From: Podarcis erhardii
Taxonomy: Eukaryota
NCBI GenBank assembly: GCA_964252035.1
Contig: CAXUOO010000233.1
Strand: one strand, 5' to 3'
Length of the DNA stretch: 64,000 nt
This document shows, in pieces, positions 12,880 through 26,686 of the stretch. The position numbers and the translations under genes are program-made. A model generated the notes under the pieces. It was not told where the DNA came from. It ran no database searches and saw nothing but the letters and a program-made list of their open reading frames with translations. Each line of letters starts with the position of its first letter. Position 1 is the stretch's first letter.

Positions 12880-15800
12880 CTTGCATTGTGGTTCCCACTA
12901 TATCCGCCACAGAAATCGCAGAAAGGAGGTCTCTTGCTTTTCAAGAGTTTCTCCACGTCTCGAGCCGTTGTCTGCATCTGCCTCGGATTCGTCAGTACCG
13001 CGTTGGCAGCGTTCTGCACGACTGCAACAGCAGCTGAGCGCTGAGAGCAGCGCCAGCGTGGAGCCACAGATGCAGCGTCAGCAGTAGCTTGACTACTAAA
13101 AGTGTATCGTATGCCTATGCATCGTCTTCAGGCTTTTCGGCATCTACAGTAAAGCGCACTCACCCCATGACAAAAGTGAGTGCACGGTTTTTCACGGAGC
13201 TTCTAAGAAAGCGGCATGAGAGCTTGGCTTTGTCGTTTCCCTGTTTCCGTTAATTGTCCCACCGCTTTTACAATCTTCCTCTTTGCGTACGTCTGACGCT
13301 TCAACACCTGCTGGTTATAGCAAAGCAAAGTACATATGAAAGAGCGCTCGTAGACAAAGGGTTACGTAGAAGAAAAGAGGGAAAGCTGCATTATTTTGCC
13401 GCTCCAGTAATTACTCTACGAAAACTGCAGTACAACGTCAGGCAACGGTTTCTGCACAAGCATCCAGTACACTCGCTCTTCTTATTTGAAGTCCAAATCA
13501 CCGCCCCCGCTTACTCCGATTTCTTTTTGGGGAGGCCGCTACAACCCCCAAGACTGACAAAGGTGCTGCGGTGCATAGTTTTTTGAAATCTCAATATTAC
13601 CAGTGCTTGAATCTACGGCTCCACGTAGTAATGTCTACGCGGATCCGCGGCCGATATTCTCAACGAAAGTTCGCTGCGAAACAGGTGCTGACAGTAAAGA
13701 TCGTTTTGGTTTATCAGCGAGTGTGTGGACAGAGTAGACGGCACGAAGGCTTCACTGAGAAGATGCCAACCGTTTGCTCTGTTCTCAATCCTAATGCTAC
13801 TCCTGGTCTTGATATGGTAGAAGCGCAGGAGCACGTTACACTATATGTAGAAGCGCAGGAGCACGTGACACTATTTGCACCTACAGGGAGAAGAACTGCG
13901 CATGGATGGCAAAACAAAAGTCTGGTCCAGAAAATTTCCAGAAGTACCAGTAAATGTAACAAAATTGACTATGATATAGGCACAGGTAGCAGCAGCAGCA
14001 GCAGCCGGAGCGGGTCTGTTCCTCTGTTGCGCCTCTTCAGTGAAAAAGAGACGTATCAAAAAGTGACATTGAGAGCAACAGCAATAACAGCGACAGCAGC
14101 ATCATTTCTTTTCTAAAAATCTATTTATCCATGGGTACTGTGCTCTAAGAAGTATAATTTGTGGAAGGCGCTGCCAAACACCAGCAAATGCTTGCGAGAT
14201 TTGTGAGTGACAGCAATGACAGTAGTTGGTTTGAAGACGGTACAGCGGGTACGATGCAGCGATATATACGCCTTACTTATATCGACAAGCAAATTCGGAT
14301 GCGCTTGTGCTATCTGGGCATCCTGCGAATAGGAGTCATGTGCAGCTATGCCTCGCTGCTGGTGAAACTAATAGTAGATCAAGTTTAGTAATTTGTGTTG
14401 TCTGTATTTACAGTAGATTTCATTAGAGTTCACTATATTGTCGAGTTACTAAATAATGAGTTGAACTATATCTCTGCATATCGTTGCTTGAGATTTATCT
14501 CGGAATATAGTAGCTCACGAGCTTGCATACCGTGTAAAATAATACTTTTTGGTCTCTAGATTTGAAAGAAGGATCTTTTTTGATGAGCTGCAGGAGCGTG
14601 ATGATTTGAGCAACAAGTGACGCACCAGAGGAAACAAAACTTGAAAAAATTGCAGTTTGTGCTGCTTATTGCGTATCTTTCCGATGAACTTGCAGCAAAC
14701 TTCTTTTCACTTTCACCCAGTAGAAGACAGACTGAAGCTGCAAGTCGTTTACTCTTTCGGGGAATAAAATTCAGTATTTCTTTACTTCAGTTGCGGAGTC
14801 AACGACAAGTGCATGAGTACTGACATTTAGGAAGATAGCCAGGGAAGCGGCTGTAGATGCAGCGGTTGCCGCATGTACAGGTAAACAACAAAAATAATAA
14901 GCATAATAACCTCCTGGAAGGACATTGCCGGAGTCTCATGAAAAACAATCGTGTCTTAGAATAATAAATTTTTTATTTTTATTAGTTGGAGTGGCATTGT
15001 GAGTTTGTTTTCCCACCATACAGGTTCAATCAAGCAGATGCTGTCCCATTATAAAATTGAACTGGTGATTGGCTTAGAAGGCGTTTCCATGTACGGCCAT
15101 TATCTACGTGTATCATGCAGTAACTCGAACCTGCAATAGCATTTCAGAAAGAGGCGGACTGTTTAGCTTAGCTGTTCTCCTCGCACTCATAGAGCATAAA
15201 TTAGTCTGTCGCATTCGTGATGCAGAGAAAAGCACTTATCCAAGCAGCTTAGTTTGTCGCCGGCGACAGCGTAGCTTCAAATATTGGAGCTTTTATCATA
15301 TGGCTGTGCGATGCTTGACGATGCTGTAAAGAGGAGCTTCTGTTCCCTAATGTGATTATTTTTTGAGGCTTGACAGATACGTCAGAATTTTCGCATGCGA
15401 CGAGCAGGTAATTGAGTTTTAAAAATGGAATAAGCATATAGAAGAAGATAATACCTTTCTCGTATCAATAGCATGTTCTTCTGTAGTAAAAAGCAGCATT
15501 CTATTCCCCAAACAGAATTCATCTTATTATACCCGAGCCTTTCCAAACTTCTATGTTAAAATGTAAAACGCTTTCCATTGTACTTCGAAACAGATGGGGT
15601 GTAATCTTTTCAGCACTATTACCGTATATTAATTGTTTCGAACAGACTTCATTGATTGATTGTCAGTGCAGGTTTGCCCAGGTGCTTTTCTGTCAAAAAC
15701 TCCCTGCAGAGTGAAGCTTCGAGCATAATACTTGCACATATGCACGACATTGAACCTTCTTTCTTTGTTTCTCTCTGATTCGAGGACCGCTCTCTTATTT

Positions 15801-17800
15801 CAAAGCCGTCGGCGAAATGATTATCCGGCGGATCTATCACATTCAGGGATTTGGAGCACTGTGTTCACATCGCTTACTCACCGCATTCTCTTGACATCAC
15901 ATCACATGAACATCCGTTGCGCGACGTTAATCGAATGCATATGCCATTCGCATTTCTAGTAAATGTTCTCAGACGGGGTTTATGCGCCGTGTTGTGTGTC
16001 AATCAAAAGCTGTCAAGCCAAGAAGTAGACACGTTTTGAGTAACTGCGGTTTTTCTGCTGTGGAACGCTTCAAAACTTTCAGTTTCCTGACACTTGAGCA
16101 CTGATCTTAGCTGGTAGACTATGGAAAAGTGAACTTGTATCTGCTTCCATAAGTCATCCACACTAGCTGCCCCAAAAAGTATCGCCGCCGATTCTACAAT
16201 AATTGTTGTTTCCACTGTCGACGCCTCCATGCCCCTTGCACTTCGGTCCAAGCTTGTACGCAGAAAGGTATGCTGTGTTCAGCATAAGGGCGCCCTGGAT
16301 ACTTTTTTTTTAAAGATTGTGTGTCAGCTCAGTGTTTTAACTGTCTTGTTGTTGTACCTTATTATATTGTAGACTGGTAACAACTCCTTCGAGCAGGTAA
16401 GGTGTACCGACGATTTTTTTTTTACTTTTCTATATGTAGTTCAAGTCTAAAATCAAGGTCGCCTCCGTTTAGTCGAATTGAATAAATTTGTCTTGACTTA
16501 TGCTAACTTGGATGTGGAGTAGATAAGTACCCGTATCGGAATAAAACAAGATTTTTGAACCTGCACTATCGCTTTTCTCTGTTTGGAACCGAGAACTCAG
16601 TGAATTGTAGATAATGTACGACGGTTGATTCTGAACAAGTAACAAAATGCATAGATATTTCTGCATTAGCATGCGCAAGCGATTGAAGAAACCGAGTGCA
16701 CAAAGCGCCGCAGCACATGCTACCAACGAATCATCAATAAGCATTGCCAAATTCTGGCTGGATTTTTTAAAAGTTTTGCGGGAATTCCCGACGTTGATTA
16801 TATGTGGCATTCACCGTTTTGTTGATATAAAGCCAACGCTAGAGCGTTATAGTGTCGGAGTGCTCGTATGCTAGGAGGGGAGCAGACGCAAAACTGTGGG
16901 AAATTGTACTCGTTGCAGATCTCCTGACAGGAGCGGAGTGAACGAGCATTCGTTTGATGAAGGGCAGGGACGGCGCGACTGCGCTAAAACATTAGTGGCA
17001 ACAACAGCAGTAGCAGCTCAAGTCCTGAGATGTCTCCATTGAAGGAGATAATTTCTACTGAGTCCAAATTCCAAAGCAGGAAGTCATACTAAAAAAAAAA
17101 ATATGTTGGGCGACGTTGCATGTGACGTTGGCCTACTACTGACGATGGAGGTGTTGGTGAGTGTGAAGTTGTACAGCCAGCTAACGGAAGCGTGCAACCT
17201 CGCTTTCGTAGAGAGAGGGTCAGGGAAACCGATTTCGCTGGTATATGGCTGGTCCGTATGGGGGTGTTAACAAACTGATGAGAACTAAGATAATCTATTG
17301 TGGGAATTGGGAAGAAAAACAATTACTAAAAAGAATGCTAGTAAATCCCTAAATCTTCCACGGTGTCGCGGTTTGTGTTATACATTTGTCAACGGCAATT
17401 TCTCTAGTTTCACCTCTTGAAGCTATCACATATAAATGTAGAAAATCTGGCGTATTCATGCGGCAGGGTTTATATCGAATGTAAAATCAGCAACTTGTGC
17501 TTCGAGAAGCACTCCTCATCTACATGGATTTATGCTTCCTGAAATTTCTCGGTGCTGATCCACACTGTAGTTGTACTGTGTTATTATCTACTACCATAAG
17601 GCGCTACAAAGCTCAATTTTATGGCTACTTGTGGCTCAATGTAGAGCTTGTACATTCGACTCTATTTCTTTCACTTGCAGCGTGAAGAATCGTACTCTTA
17701 TAGCAGCTGCCTTACTTTGTGCAAAATGGATTTCCAACCATTTGCATTCGAAAGTAGCAAAAGGGCAATGCCTAGCTCTACACTCTTCTTTTGAAAATTC
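12880..17800 (+). pseudogene. Decayed inverted paralogue of the F-box/LRR gene at 21512-26686
   Basis: F-box remnant ttttcactttcacccagtagaagacagactgaagctgcaagtcgt (about 14700-14750) vs ttttcactttcttccggtagaggacatcttgaagctgcaaatcgt. Conserved exon end atgcagcggttgccgcatgtacag|gtaaa (14880) vs atgcagcggttgcagcatatacag|gtaaa. Exact matches: 17 bp intronic (15259-15275 vs 24073-24089), 18 bp (16941-16958 vs 22378-22395) and 14 bp (17506-17519 vs 21809-21822). No continuous ORF. Confidence 0.85.
13817..13876. repeat. Two-copy 30-bp tandem duplication
   Basis: gtagaagcgcaggagcacgttacactatat followed by gtagaagcgcaggagcacgtgacactattt. Confidence 0.9.
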
Positions 17801-20800
17801 TGCTCTAACGAACTCCAAGTGGCACGTCTACGTCCTTAGTAGCCTAAATCGAAGGAGAGAAAGTTATAGATGCATGTTTCTGTGAGCATCATATTGCTGA
17901 TGCTCTGCACATAGAAGAAGCAGATATAAGGTTTGTGGTCGACTGCAAAAGAGTGCAGTATCTCTAGAACACTACTACCGTTAAATCCACATATGGGATC
18001 TTTTACATTCAGATCCAAGCGTGTCGCAGGTGACCTTGAATTTTTGATGTATGGAAAGTGTGTCTGGCCCAAGTCAAGTGCATAAGACCACAAATGTCTG
18101 AATAGAACATCACAAACTTGGCAATTATGAGATGACTGGGGTAAAAATGGAATGCAATATTTTTTAGTATGCATATGTGACAAAATCTTTCCAGAAATAT
18201 GTGGTAGCATTAATAGATAATGGTTTTTTCTAGACGATGTCGCCCAGGTACACAAGCTTCAAGCACTGTTTCTGGTTCTACTGTCAGGTCTTTTTAAAAA
18301 AGAGGTTAGCTGGAATTCGCTTTAGGGACATACCTGAGAAAGTTCAAAATTTCCATTTAGTTGAGTTGCCTTGCATGCCGCGCAACGTAGCTCAGTAAAA
18401 GCCGTGGTCACGCACTGAGCGTAAATGAAAATCTGAACAATGCCAACCGTGTACAAATTGTGCCAGATGCCTCAGTCTCGGATCGCGAAGTAAGAAATCG
18501 TTATTCATAAGTACAGGACGTCTACGCGCAGCCATAACTTCAGTCTCTATCGATGTGGAAATCCTGTTCTACGAAGATACATATAATTCTTCGTTTCAAC
18601 GGCGTTTGAAAGTAGGTCTTTACAGCTAAGTACTGCTTTTTGTTTCTTTGGTCTGATAAAAGCAGCAAAGCTTATCTTTGACCAGATGCTTTAGAGGGTC
18701 GGACTCTTTTGGGTCTTTCTACGATACCCGTTTGACTGACGCGCAGCTGGCAGACCTCTGAAAAGTGGAAACCATGTAAAGAAGCACGCAGGTACTTCCA
18801 CAAGGTTTTAGCTCATTGTGATCTGCAGAGAATGATTCGGTGCCTTTGGACAATTTGCTGATGACGAAAAACGCATGTGGCCTTCATAGAGAGCAAGTCG
18901 TTATAAGAAGGTGACGACGCCACCGTTAGTGCTCTCCACGTTTGTCTGCTGTGAAGTCTCTCAAGTGGGTTTCGGGAAACATGTTACAAAGAAGATCGCT
19001 TGCTGGTTTATTCCGATTTCAGATTACTGCATATTGCTCATTTTCGCTGCTGACTCAGCACTAGCAGATACTCCTCCAGATTACTACAGTTTGGTTGACT
19101 TGCAGCAGAATTTTCCGGTTGCCGACGTGGATTGGACTGTGTAGCCGCCGCTGATTAGTTGTGGGCTCAGTGACTGAGTCGCCTTCAACGTTCTGGAACA
19201 ATGCAGATCTTTTTTGATGGACTTACTCCTTCGCAAAATTTCCTCTTATAGCGGATGAAATAAAGCGAGCGCTTCAAAACATGCAGACACTGCTTCGCTA
19301 CTGACGTTTAAAATGCGCTATTTTACAGTATTGCCCAAATGCAGCAAAAAGGCTTGTGATCGCTTAGAGTTGCCGCAAGCTGCCGCTGCATAAAGAGTCG
19401 CGGCTCGAGTTTCCTGGCGCGGCACAGAAAAACTCTCGAGCAGCTGAAGCAGAATTAATTGTCTGCATAGGTTTTTTTTTACAAAGAAAAGCTTTTGTCT
19501 TGAATAAAATTTCCAAAATTATGAGAGGCACTTTACAATTGAGAAGATTTTGAAAAAACAACGTAGTTGTGAGACCGCCTTTTATTTTGATAATGTTGCT
19601 TTTGTGTTGTTGCTGTTGCACGTTTAACTCGAAGCGCACGCTGCCATTTCTCCCATTGCGCTCGGTCTACATTCTCCCCATTTCTGTAAGATGCAAGTGG
19701 GTATGAAAGCTAATTTTCTGCATGCCCGGCTGCATTTGTCTGGATGTTTTCGACGGTCTCTTCCCCGCGTGCTGCATCGAAAGAATGCCCAGTTACAGCG
19801 CCGCGAAGCGCATTTAGGGGGCTGCGGCGACGCATTGCTGCGCGTACATCTGCACAAAATTGCCCTTGTAGCATCAGTCTGTGCATCTCCTGGATGACAG
19901 CAGCTCATACTGCTGCTTATCCTTCTGCTATCGGCTAATTTGTCTAGCAGTTCCCAGCCGTACAACATTGCTGCATATACTGCGCAATGAACTACGCAGT
20001 TTGAGGTCTGTGCAGATCATCTTTTTGTGTGAGTTTACTAGCTCCTTGTACCCTCCTCTGTAACAATGCTTCCCGCTCCACTTTTTGTCGAGCTTTCCGG
20101 TTGCCATATTTCCGACCAAGGACAGAGAGCTTACAGCAATGACACTAGATTTTCGACGTTGACGTTGGTGCACGTGCAGTTGCAGCTCAGAAATCCATTT
20201 CTGTCGCTAGTGTGCTTCGTACATTGCATAACTGTGAACAGCCACTTTCTTGCAAAGAAGTCGAGCGAACACGATTGGCGCCTAATATAGCGCATGTGAA
20301 GAAATCCGCCCTCTCCTAATGATGCTGTAGTGCGAGACTGCACCAGATGCAAAAGTCTGTGTAGCAGTCCCTTTATACAAATACTATGAGCTTAAAATCC
20401 AACGTTGACCGGCAGGGTCAGTGAGCGTGGAAATGCTGAAGCGTCAACTCTTTGAAAACGCTGTTGATCGATATATTTACTTTTTGTGCGGCGCGAAACC
20501 TACAAGGAAGGCTCTAGTAGGAATCTTCCTTGGAGGTGTGTTTGTGCAATTTAGGCAAAAGCCTTGAACGGCCTGCAACGCAGTAAGAAAGATGGCAGAT
20601 TGCCTCGCAGGCTACGCTGTTGCTGTTGCGAATGCTGTTGCGAATGCCGGTGTTTCGGCTCCAATCACTGCCAGCTGGAGCACTGTCCTTCGGTCACTCT
20701 TGACTTTCCGGTTCTAAAAAAAATCTTTGCTGCAGCGGCTGTGAGTGCCACTGCGAATGCTGCAGCAACAGCAGCTGTAAGGGCACCACCGACGGCAGCA

Positions 20801-21511
20801 GTAGTAGCACCATGGACGGAACGGCAAGATTCCATGTCGCGTGCAGTACATGGTGGAAATACTCTCTGCGAGGCCTCAGCTCAAAGGGGGGTTTCAAGCT
20901 GAAGCTATCGGAATGTCGAAATTTATGCTAACAAATTAAATCAAATACATAGCCCTTTGTCTATACGAAGAAGCGATAAATCGAAAGTTTCAGCATCTTA
21001 GTCTACACATTTTTTTCCAATCTCGTAAACATTCCCGAGCTTCATATGCCTTCAACATAATTATTTGTGGACGCATAGATGTTTACACATACGTTCGATA
21101 AACGGCAAGATTTATTTGCGAAAAAGATATACAGCATACGATATCGTAAATTTTAAGCTGCGGTTGACTGAATAGACTAAAATAGGGGTGCAAATGAAGT
21201 GGTACGAAAAGTGCGTGGAGCTCACGTAAAGCTCTAATTGCAAATGAATAAATCAAAGACGCTGAAGTGGAAAAATGATATAGGAGATGAAGGTATTAAT
21301 TGACCTGCGAAATGACAGTGGTAAAGGGTCAATTACCTTATATTGAAATGGAGAAAGTGCTCAAGTTTTGATTTTACCCTGGTTGAGCACCGTATGACGG
21401 AGGAGACTCGAAAGGCGACGTAACTTCGGCACTCCGATAATTCGTTCGCGTTTGGCGTGTAGTTTTCGCACCTTAAATTGTACTATTTTAGATTTTAATG
21501 CCACTTTGAGT

Positions 21512-24500
21512 TCAATAGTGAAAATTGCTCAGGAAAGCTGACACAAAAATCTTACCACTCCCATGTGGGATGTTCGAGTGAAAAACGGCGAAGTCTCGCT
21601 TCATACAAATTACGTCCACTGCAAGAAAGGCATTATTCATCTCGCTGCTCTGGAGCGAAACAGAGTCAAATGTGACGATCATGAAATCGTACCCCCCTGC
21701 CGTAAGTTGATTGATCTCTATACTACATTTAGGTAGCATATGCTAAACATAATACAAATGTAGGGTATATCAGCACGCGAAAAATTTATCCAGCATAAAT
21801 TCGTGACAATGAGGAGTGCTTCTTCAATCATAAGATTCCAATTCCACATTTTTGAACCTGCGGTTGCCAATTTTGATCTTGTATAATACTTTCAAGAGTT
21901 GAAACCGGAAAAAATATCGCTAACGTATCTATAACAGAATGCCGCGGCGCCGTGAAAAAACTCAGAAAAGCTACTAACATTACTCGTAGCAACTTCCTCC
22001 TCTTCCACAAGTGCACAATACTTTATCGTAATTCTTTTCAAGTTACCAGCACCCCCCGCTCGTACGTATGCAGCAGCCAAGAGATCGGCAAAATCGGTTT
22101 CACTGATCTTCCCTCTCCAACTTCGCAGTTGTGCGGGTCCTCCAACTGGTGGAACAGCATTGAACTCACCATCAGCTTCTTCATTGTCAGCAACAGGCCA
22201 ACGCCACATGCGCCGTCGCCCATCAGCTTCTCTGACATCTGCACTACACCCTGCGCCAAAAGCTGAGTGCTGTGCCAAGTCGACTCTTCTAAGGGAGACA
22301 GCTCCATTACTTGAGCTGTTGCTGCTGCTATTATTGCCACTGGAAGCACTGTCTGCTGCGCGCCTTCTCCACGCACGATCAAACGAATGCTCGTTTACTG
22401 CATCTAGCTGCACCCCAGTCGAATAACCTGCAACAGGTGGATCTTCCCACGTTTCGCGCCTTCGATTTTCGTAACGTATATCCAATCCGACTGTAAATCG
22501 CTCTAGCGTTGGCATCCTATCAACAAGGCGCTGAAGGCCGCGTACACCCAGTGCCGTAAAATCCGGCAACACCTATTATCAAATCAGCAAATATTGGACA
22601 ACGCTCATTCTTCTAGACGGAGGCTTATAAGTATTATTTTATTCCGTGCAGTTTGTCAATCTATGCAAATTGCAAACGTGTTCAGAAGCGAAACCCTCAG
22701 TCAATTTGGTCTGTTCCTAGATTCAAAAAAAGACAAAATGTGAAGTCAACCAAAAATATCTTGTTTTCCTTTGCATGTGTATACTCGTGTGTGAGCCACT
22801 TGCGGCTTAGCGAAGCTATAAATAAACACATTCAGCTCAAAGGAACAGAAGCAACCTTGGAAGCCAATCTCTGACTGTTTAAAATAACATAGTTGAAGGC
22901 TGTGAATGAAACAAGGCCATCGGCACACTAGAGAATTTGTCAGGGCCTCATAAAAAAGATTGTACAATCACATGACAATAAATCTCTATGCCGCCGCATA
23001 GAAAAAAGAACTATCCGAGGCATTTTTTGAGTTGAAGAGGAAAAAAACCTGTATTCAAGCTTCTTTCAAATTTACACAAGTACGCAAGGCCACAGACAAG
23101 TCAAGTGAGAAAACATCAATTTTTGTAGTAGAGTGCGGCGGCATTTTCCTGGAAAGGTTAAGTAGTTTCAAACACTTATGGATGAAGCATTAATTACAAA
23201 TGACACCTTTCAGAGCACCTACCTGCCAAGACCAGTGGTCACTAGAGACGGGAAAATACGAAATTTCGAAGCGCTCTACTGCCGGAAAGAAGCAGTTACT
23301 TAAGGCGTGGGCCCACTCCAGCGCTTGACAACCAAGGATTGACAGGCCACATAAACGCGTGAATACCACTGGTTGAAAAGCGAACGGCTCATGCATAGGA
23401 GTGACATCTTGCAGCGGATTTTCTGGTGAGTTGATGCTCAGAGACCGCAGTGAGTGAGCGTTGCGGAAAACGAGCGCTCCGATTTCTTGAATCGTAATGG
23501 TTCCGCCGGAGAATGCATCCGCCGACACCTGTGGAATAACAACTACCGTCGTAGAATCAGATAGATTCAGAGAGAGAGAAATAGGTGTCGATCACGTACG
23601 ATGATCGCGCATCACTCTGGAGAAAGTTCTGCCAGAAGCACTCTTGCTCAAACCTTCTGCTTTCATTTGATAGATGCGATTCTGCCCGAGACAATTCATG
23701 GACGTGCAATACTACTGGAAAGACAAAATTTTCTGCTTCTCAAGAAGAAAGACTGCCTGCACCCTTACATACGAAGTTTGCCACCACTGGCATGTATTGA
23801 AAGCACACACTGAGGAGATCTTTCCTTGGGACTGTAGAATGCGCCTGAAGCTGCATACGGACATGCATCTGATACGAGAGAGAAAATCTATAGTAAACAA
23901 TGCTCTATGCTACTTTCGACAAAAGATCAAACAACTCACCTATTTGCAGCACGAAAAAGTCACAACGCATCCATCATCATATCTTGAGAACTGACTGCGT
24001 AGAAAAATCCTGTTCTTTACAGTACGCTCAAGCAGCGCATAATTATATAGGATAACAGAGCGAATACTTGGGGCTACGCTGTCGCCGGCTTCAGATGCCT
24101 CACGAATGCCAAAAATTACTCTACGCTCTACGTGACCGAGACAGAACAACTATGGACACCAAGCTCATCACTTGTTTCAGCGCTATCGCAGCTTCTGCTA
24201 AATTCTGCATACTAGTACGATGTGCCCGTACCACATGTAGACGCACAGCAAACTGCTTCCATACTTGAATCATGATAGAAAACACACTTTGTAAATGGAC
24301 TTAACACCGTTGAAAACAAAGCTGCAACGTCGTTCAACCCTGTAAAAACGTACACAGCTTGACGAGATGTTTTCCATGTGCTGTCGGTCCTTCTTCATGT
24401 ACCTTTCTTTACCTGTATATGCTGCAACCGCTGCATTTGCAGCAACATCTGTTGCCGTTCGTAGATGTCGAGCTTTGCCCACTTGTCGTCAACACTGAGC

Positions 24501-26686
24501 GATTGAACGTAGAGGAAAGCTGCACTGTGTTCCCGGATGGCGAGGTAAAACGACGTGCTCACGATTTGCAGCTTCAAGATGTCCTCTACCGGAAGAAAGT
24601 GAAAACAAGTGTGTAGCAACTCCAACGGAAAGACATTCATCAAGTGGCACGAACTGCTGTCTTTCTCAGCAGTCGCATCCTCTCCTCCGCTTCCGTCCTC
24701 TCTTGCACTGACCATCGCGCGTTTGTCGGCCCACGAGAAAGCTCCATCTGCTGAAGAAACAGAACGGGAGCTTGACACCGTGTCTGCACTGCCTGAGGGG
24801 GGCTGCACAAAACTATTATCAGCAGCGTGCCCACCCAGCTCCTCAAGCGCAGGCGAAGCAGCTCGTTGAGACGAACGAGGCGAACAACACAGGGATGATG
24901 CGTCAGTAGTAGTAGTAGCGAAAGCGCCGTCTGTGGAGGCGCTACTGCTGCTACTGCTGCTGTCACTTGCAACAGCCGCGAGCACTTGCTGCAGTTTGTT
25001 CACAGTGCCCTTCACAGCCGCGACTTCCGAGAACACGTTTTCACCCGAAAGCGGCGGCCCGACTCCCTGCTGCTGCGAAAAGACGCTGCTGCTATCGCTC
25101 CGACTCTCGCTATCGTCCACAACAGCACAACAACAAGTTTCGCTGCTAATGCGGCTGCCCTCAGGGCTGCTGCTCTGCGACTCTTCAGTTTCTCGCCTAG
25201 AAGAAGAAGAGGAAACAGCCCCCCTGCTCAGGCTGCTACTCCTGCTACAACAACTACTACTGCTACGACTGCTACGACTGTTACTACTGCTACGACTGCT
25301 ACGACTGTTACTACTGCTATGACTACTGCTTCTGCCCCGTCGAGCACTGTGGTCAGCCTCGTGGCAGCTACTGCCTCTCGTGAAACCCCTTTTTTTCTGG
25401 ACGAAACTTGCTTTCTGCTCGTGCGCGGCAGTTCTCCTGTTCTTGAAGGCAGCAGAAGCAAAGAGCGGCTCCGCGGCTGCCACTGAGTTGTCAGCAGCTG
25501 CGTAAGAAGAAGAAAGCGGGTCAGCGCCGAACTTCGAAGGCGGGCACTGACCTGTGTTTTCTGCGAGAGTGTTCCGCAGAACTGCTTTGCGATGGTTTCC
25601 GAGCTTGAGTCCTGACTTCTTCTCGCCTGCACAAACGTTTGCTGCCTCGTTGGTGACGTGAACTGTACGGACAGCATCTGTTCTACGGCAGTGGTTGTTG
25701 TAGTCGTCAAAGCGCTCAGAACGCTGACTGTGAAGTTGCCTGTCCGACACGAAGCGGCGCCGCAGGTTCGAAGCGTCTCCGCTGCCGAGCAGCAGATTGC
25801 AGAGCACTTTTTTTTTCGCAGCAGTTGTGGCCTGTGCTGGAGCCTTCCTGCCAGACGCTGCAGCCCCCACTGGGGGAGCTGGTTCTGTCTTGAATAGGGA
25901 GAAAGCAGAGGGCGCGTTCCCTGCTGCCTGTGCGAAAAAAGATCTCGTCTGCTGGTGTCGAGCTGCAGTGCGAGCCAGCGCTCCAACTTCGTCGTCTTTT
26001 TTCTCAGCTCTTCGGCGTGGAAAGCGTCTTCTGCCAGCTCCCCCAGGCGCTGGAGAAGCGAGACGACACTTGCGCGAAGAAGACTGCGAAAAACGGGGGG
26101 ACAAACGAGAAGAAGTGTCCCAACGAGGAGCTTCCTCTCCGCTTTCTGAAGAGCTCTGTGAAAAAAAGAGGCGCGCTCGCGGCGGCTGCGGGGAAAGTGA
26201 ACTGTCCCTCACTTTTGAGTAGACTGAACAGCCGGAAGAAGAGGAGGCAGAAGCACGCAAAACGGACTCACTACTCGAAGTACTGCTAGGGCTGTCTTCG
26301 CAACTGTTCACGCGTTCGACGCTGGTGCTGCTGCTGCTGCTGCTGCTAGGAGTAGTAGTAGTGCTTCGCTGCTGGTGCAGCTGCGCAGTCAAGCAGTCGT
26401 CATTTTCGACGCTGGCACGCGGCAGTGACCAGTCTGAGCCAGTGGGGGAAGACAAGGACGGAGACTTCTTTTTTCGAGGCGCTGAGGGCCTTAGACGCAC
26501 AGTTGCTGCAGTTGCAGCGGTGAAAGAATCGATTTGTTCTCTCGCAAAAGCACGCGGTGCAGCTGTGCGAGAGCCACTACGCGTACTGCTTACACCGGCG
26601 GCCAGATATGACATAGAACTGCAGATTGAGGGCGCTTTGCCACCCACCAGCGGCGGCAAGAAGGGCCGCCGTCGCTCTTTCGCCAT
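21512..26686 (-). CDS. F-box domain protein with LRR-like C-terminal region and long Ser-rich N-terminus; exons 26686-24413, 23528-23223, 22572-21925, 21742-21512 (last exon less certain)
   Basis: F-box motif LMNVFPLELLHTCFHFLPVEDILKLQIVSTSFYLAI at the end of a 763-aa ORF. GT-AG phase-0 joins give LQHIQ|VSADAF..., WSWQ|VLPDF... and CYRY|HMLPK.... LRR-like segments include LRSLSINS, LCGLSILGC, VERFEISY, LERFTVGL and LKRITIKYC. Confidence 0.8.
25257..25326. repeat. 27-bp coding tandem repeat (SSNSRSSRS) in the F-box gene
   Basis: ctactgctacgactgctacgactgtta exactly twice (25257-25310) plus a partial third copy. Confidence 0.9.

Noticed and set aside
23529-24412. Possible extra F-box exons (e.g. 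23940-24000, which ends in a GTGAGT donor)
   Set aside because: All frames hit stops or phase conflicts, and the direct join LQHIQ|VSADAF is in phase and reads naturally. Treated as intron.
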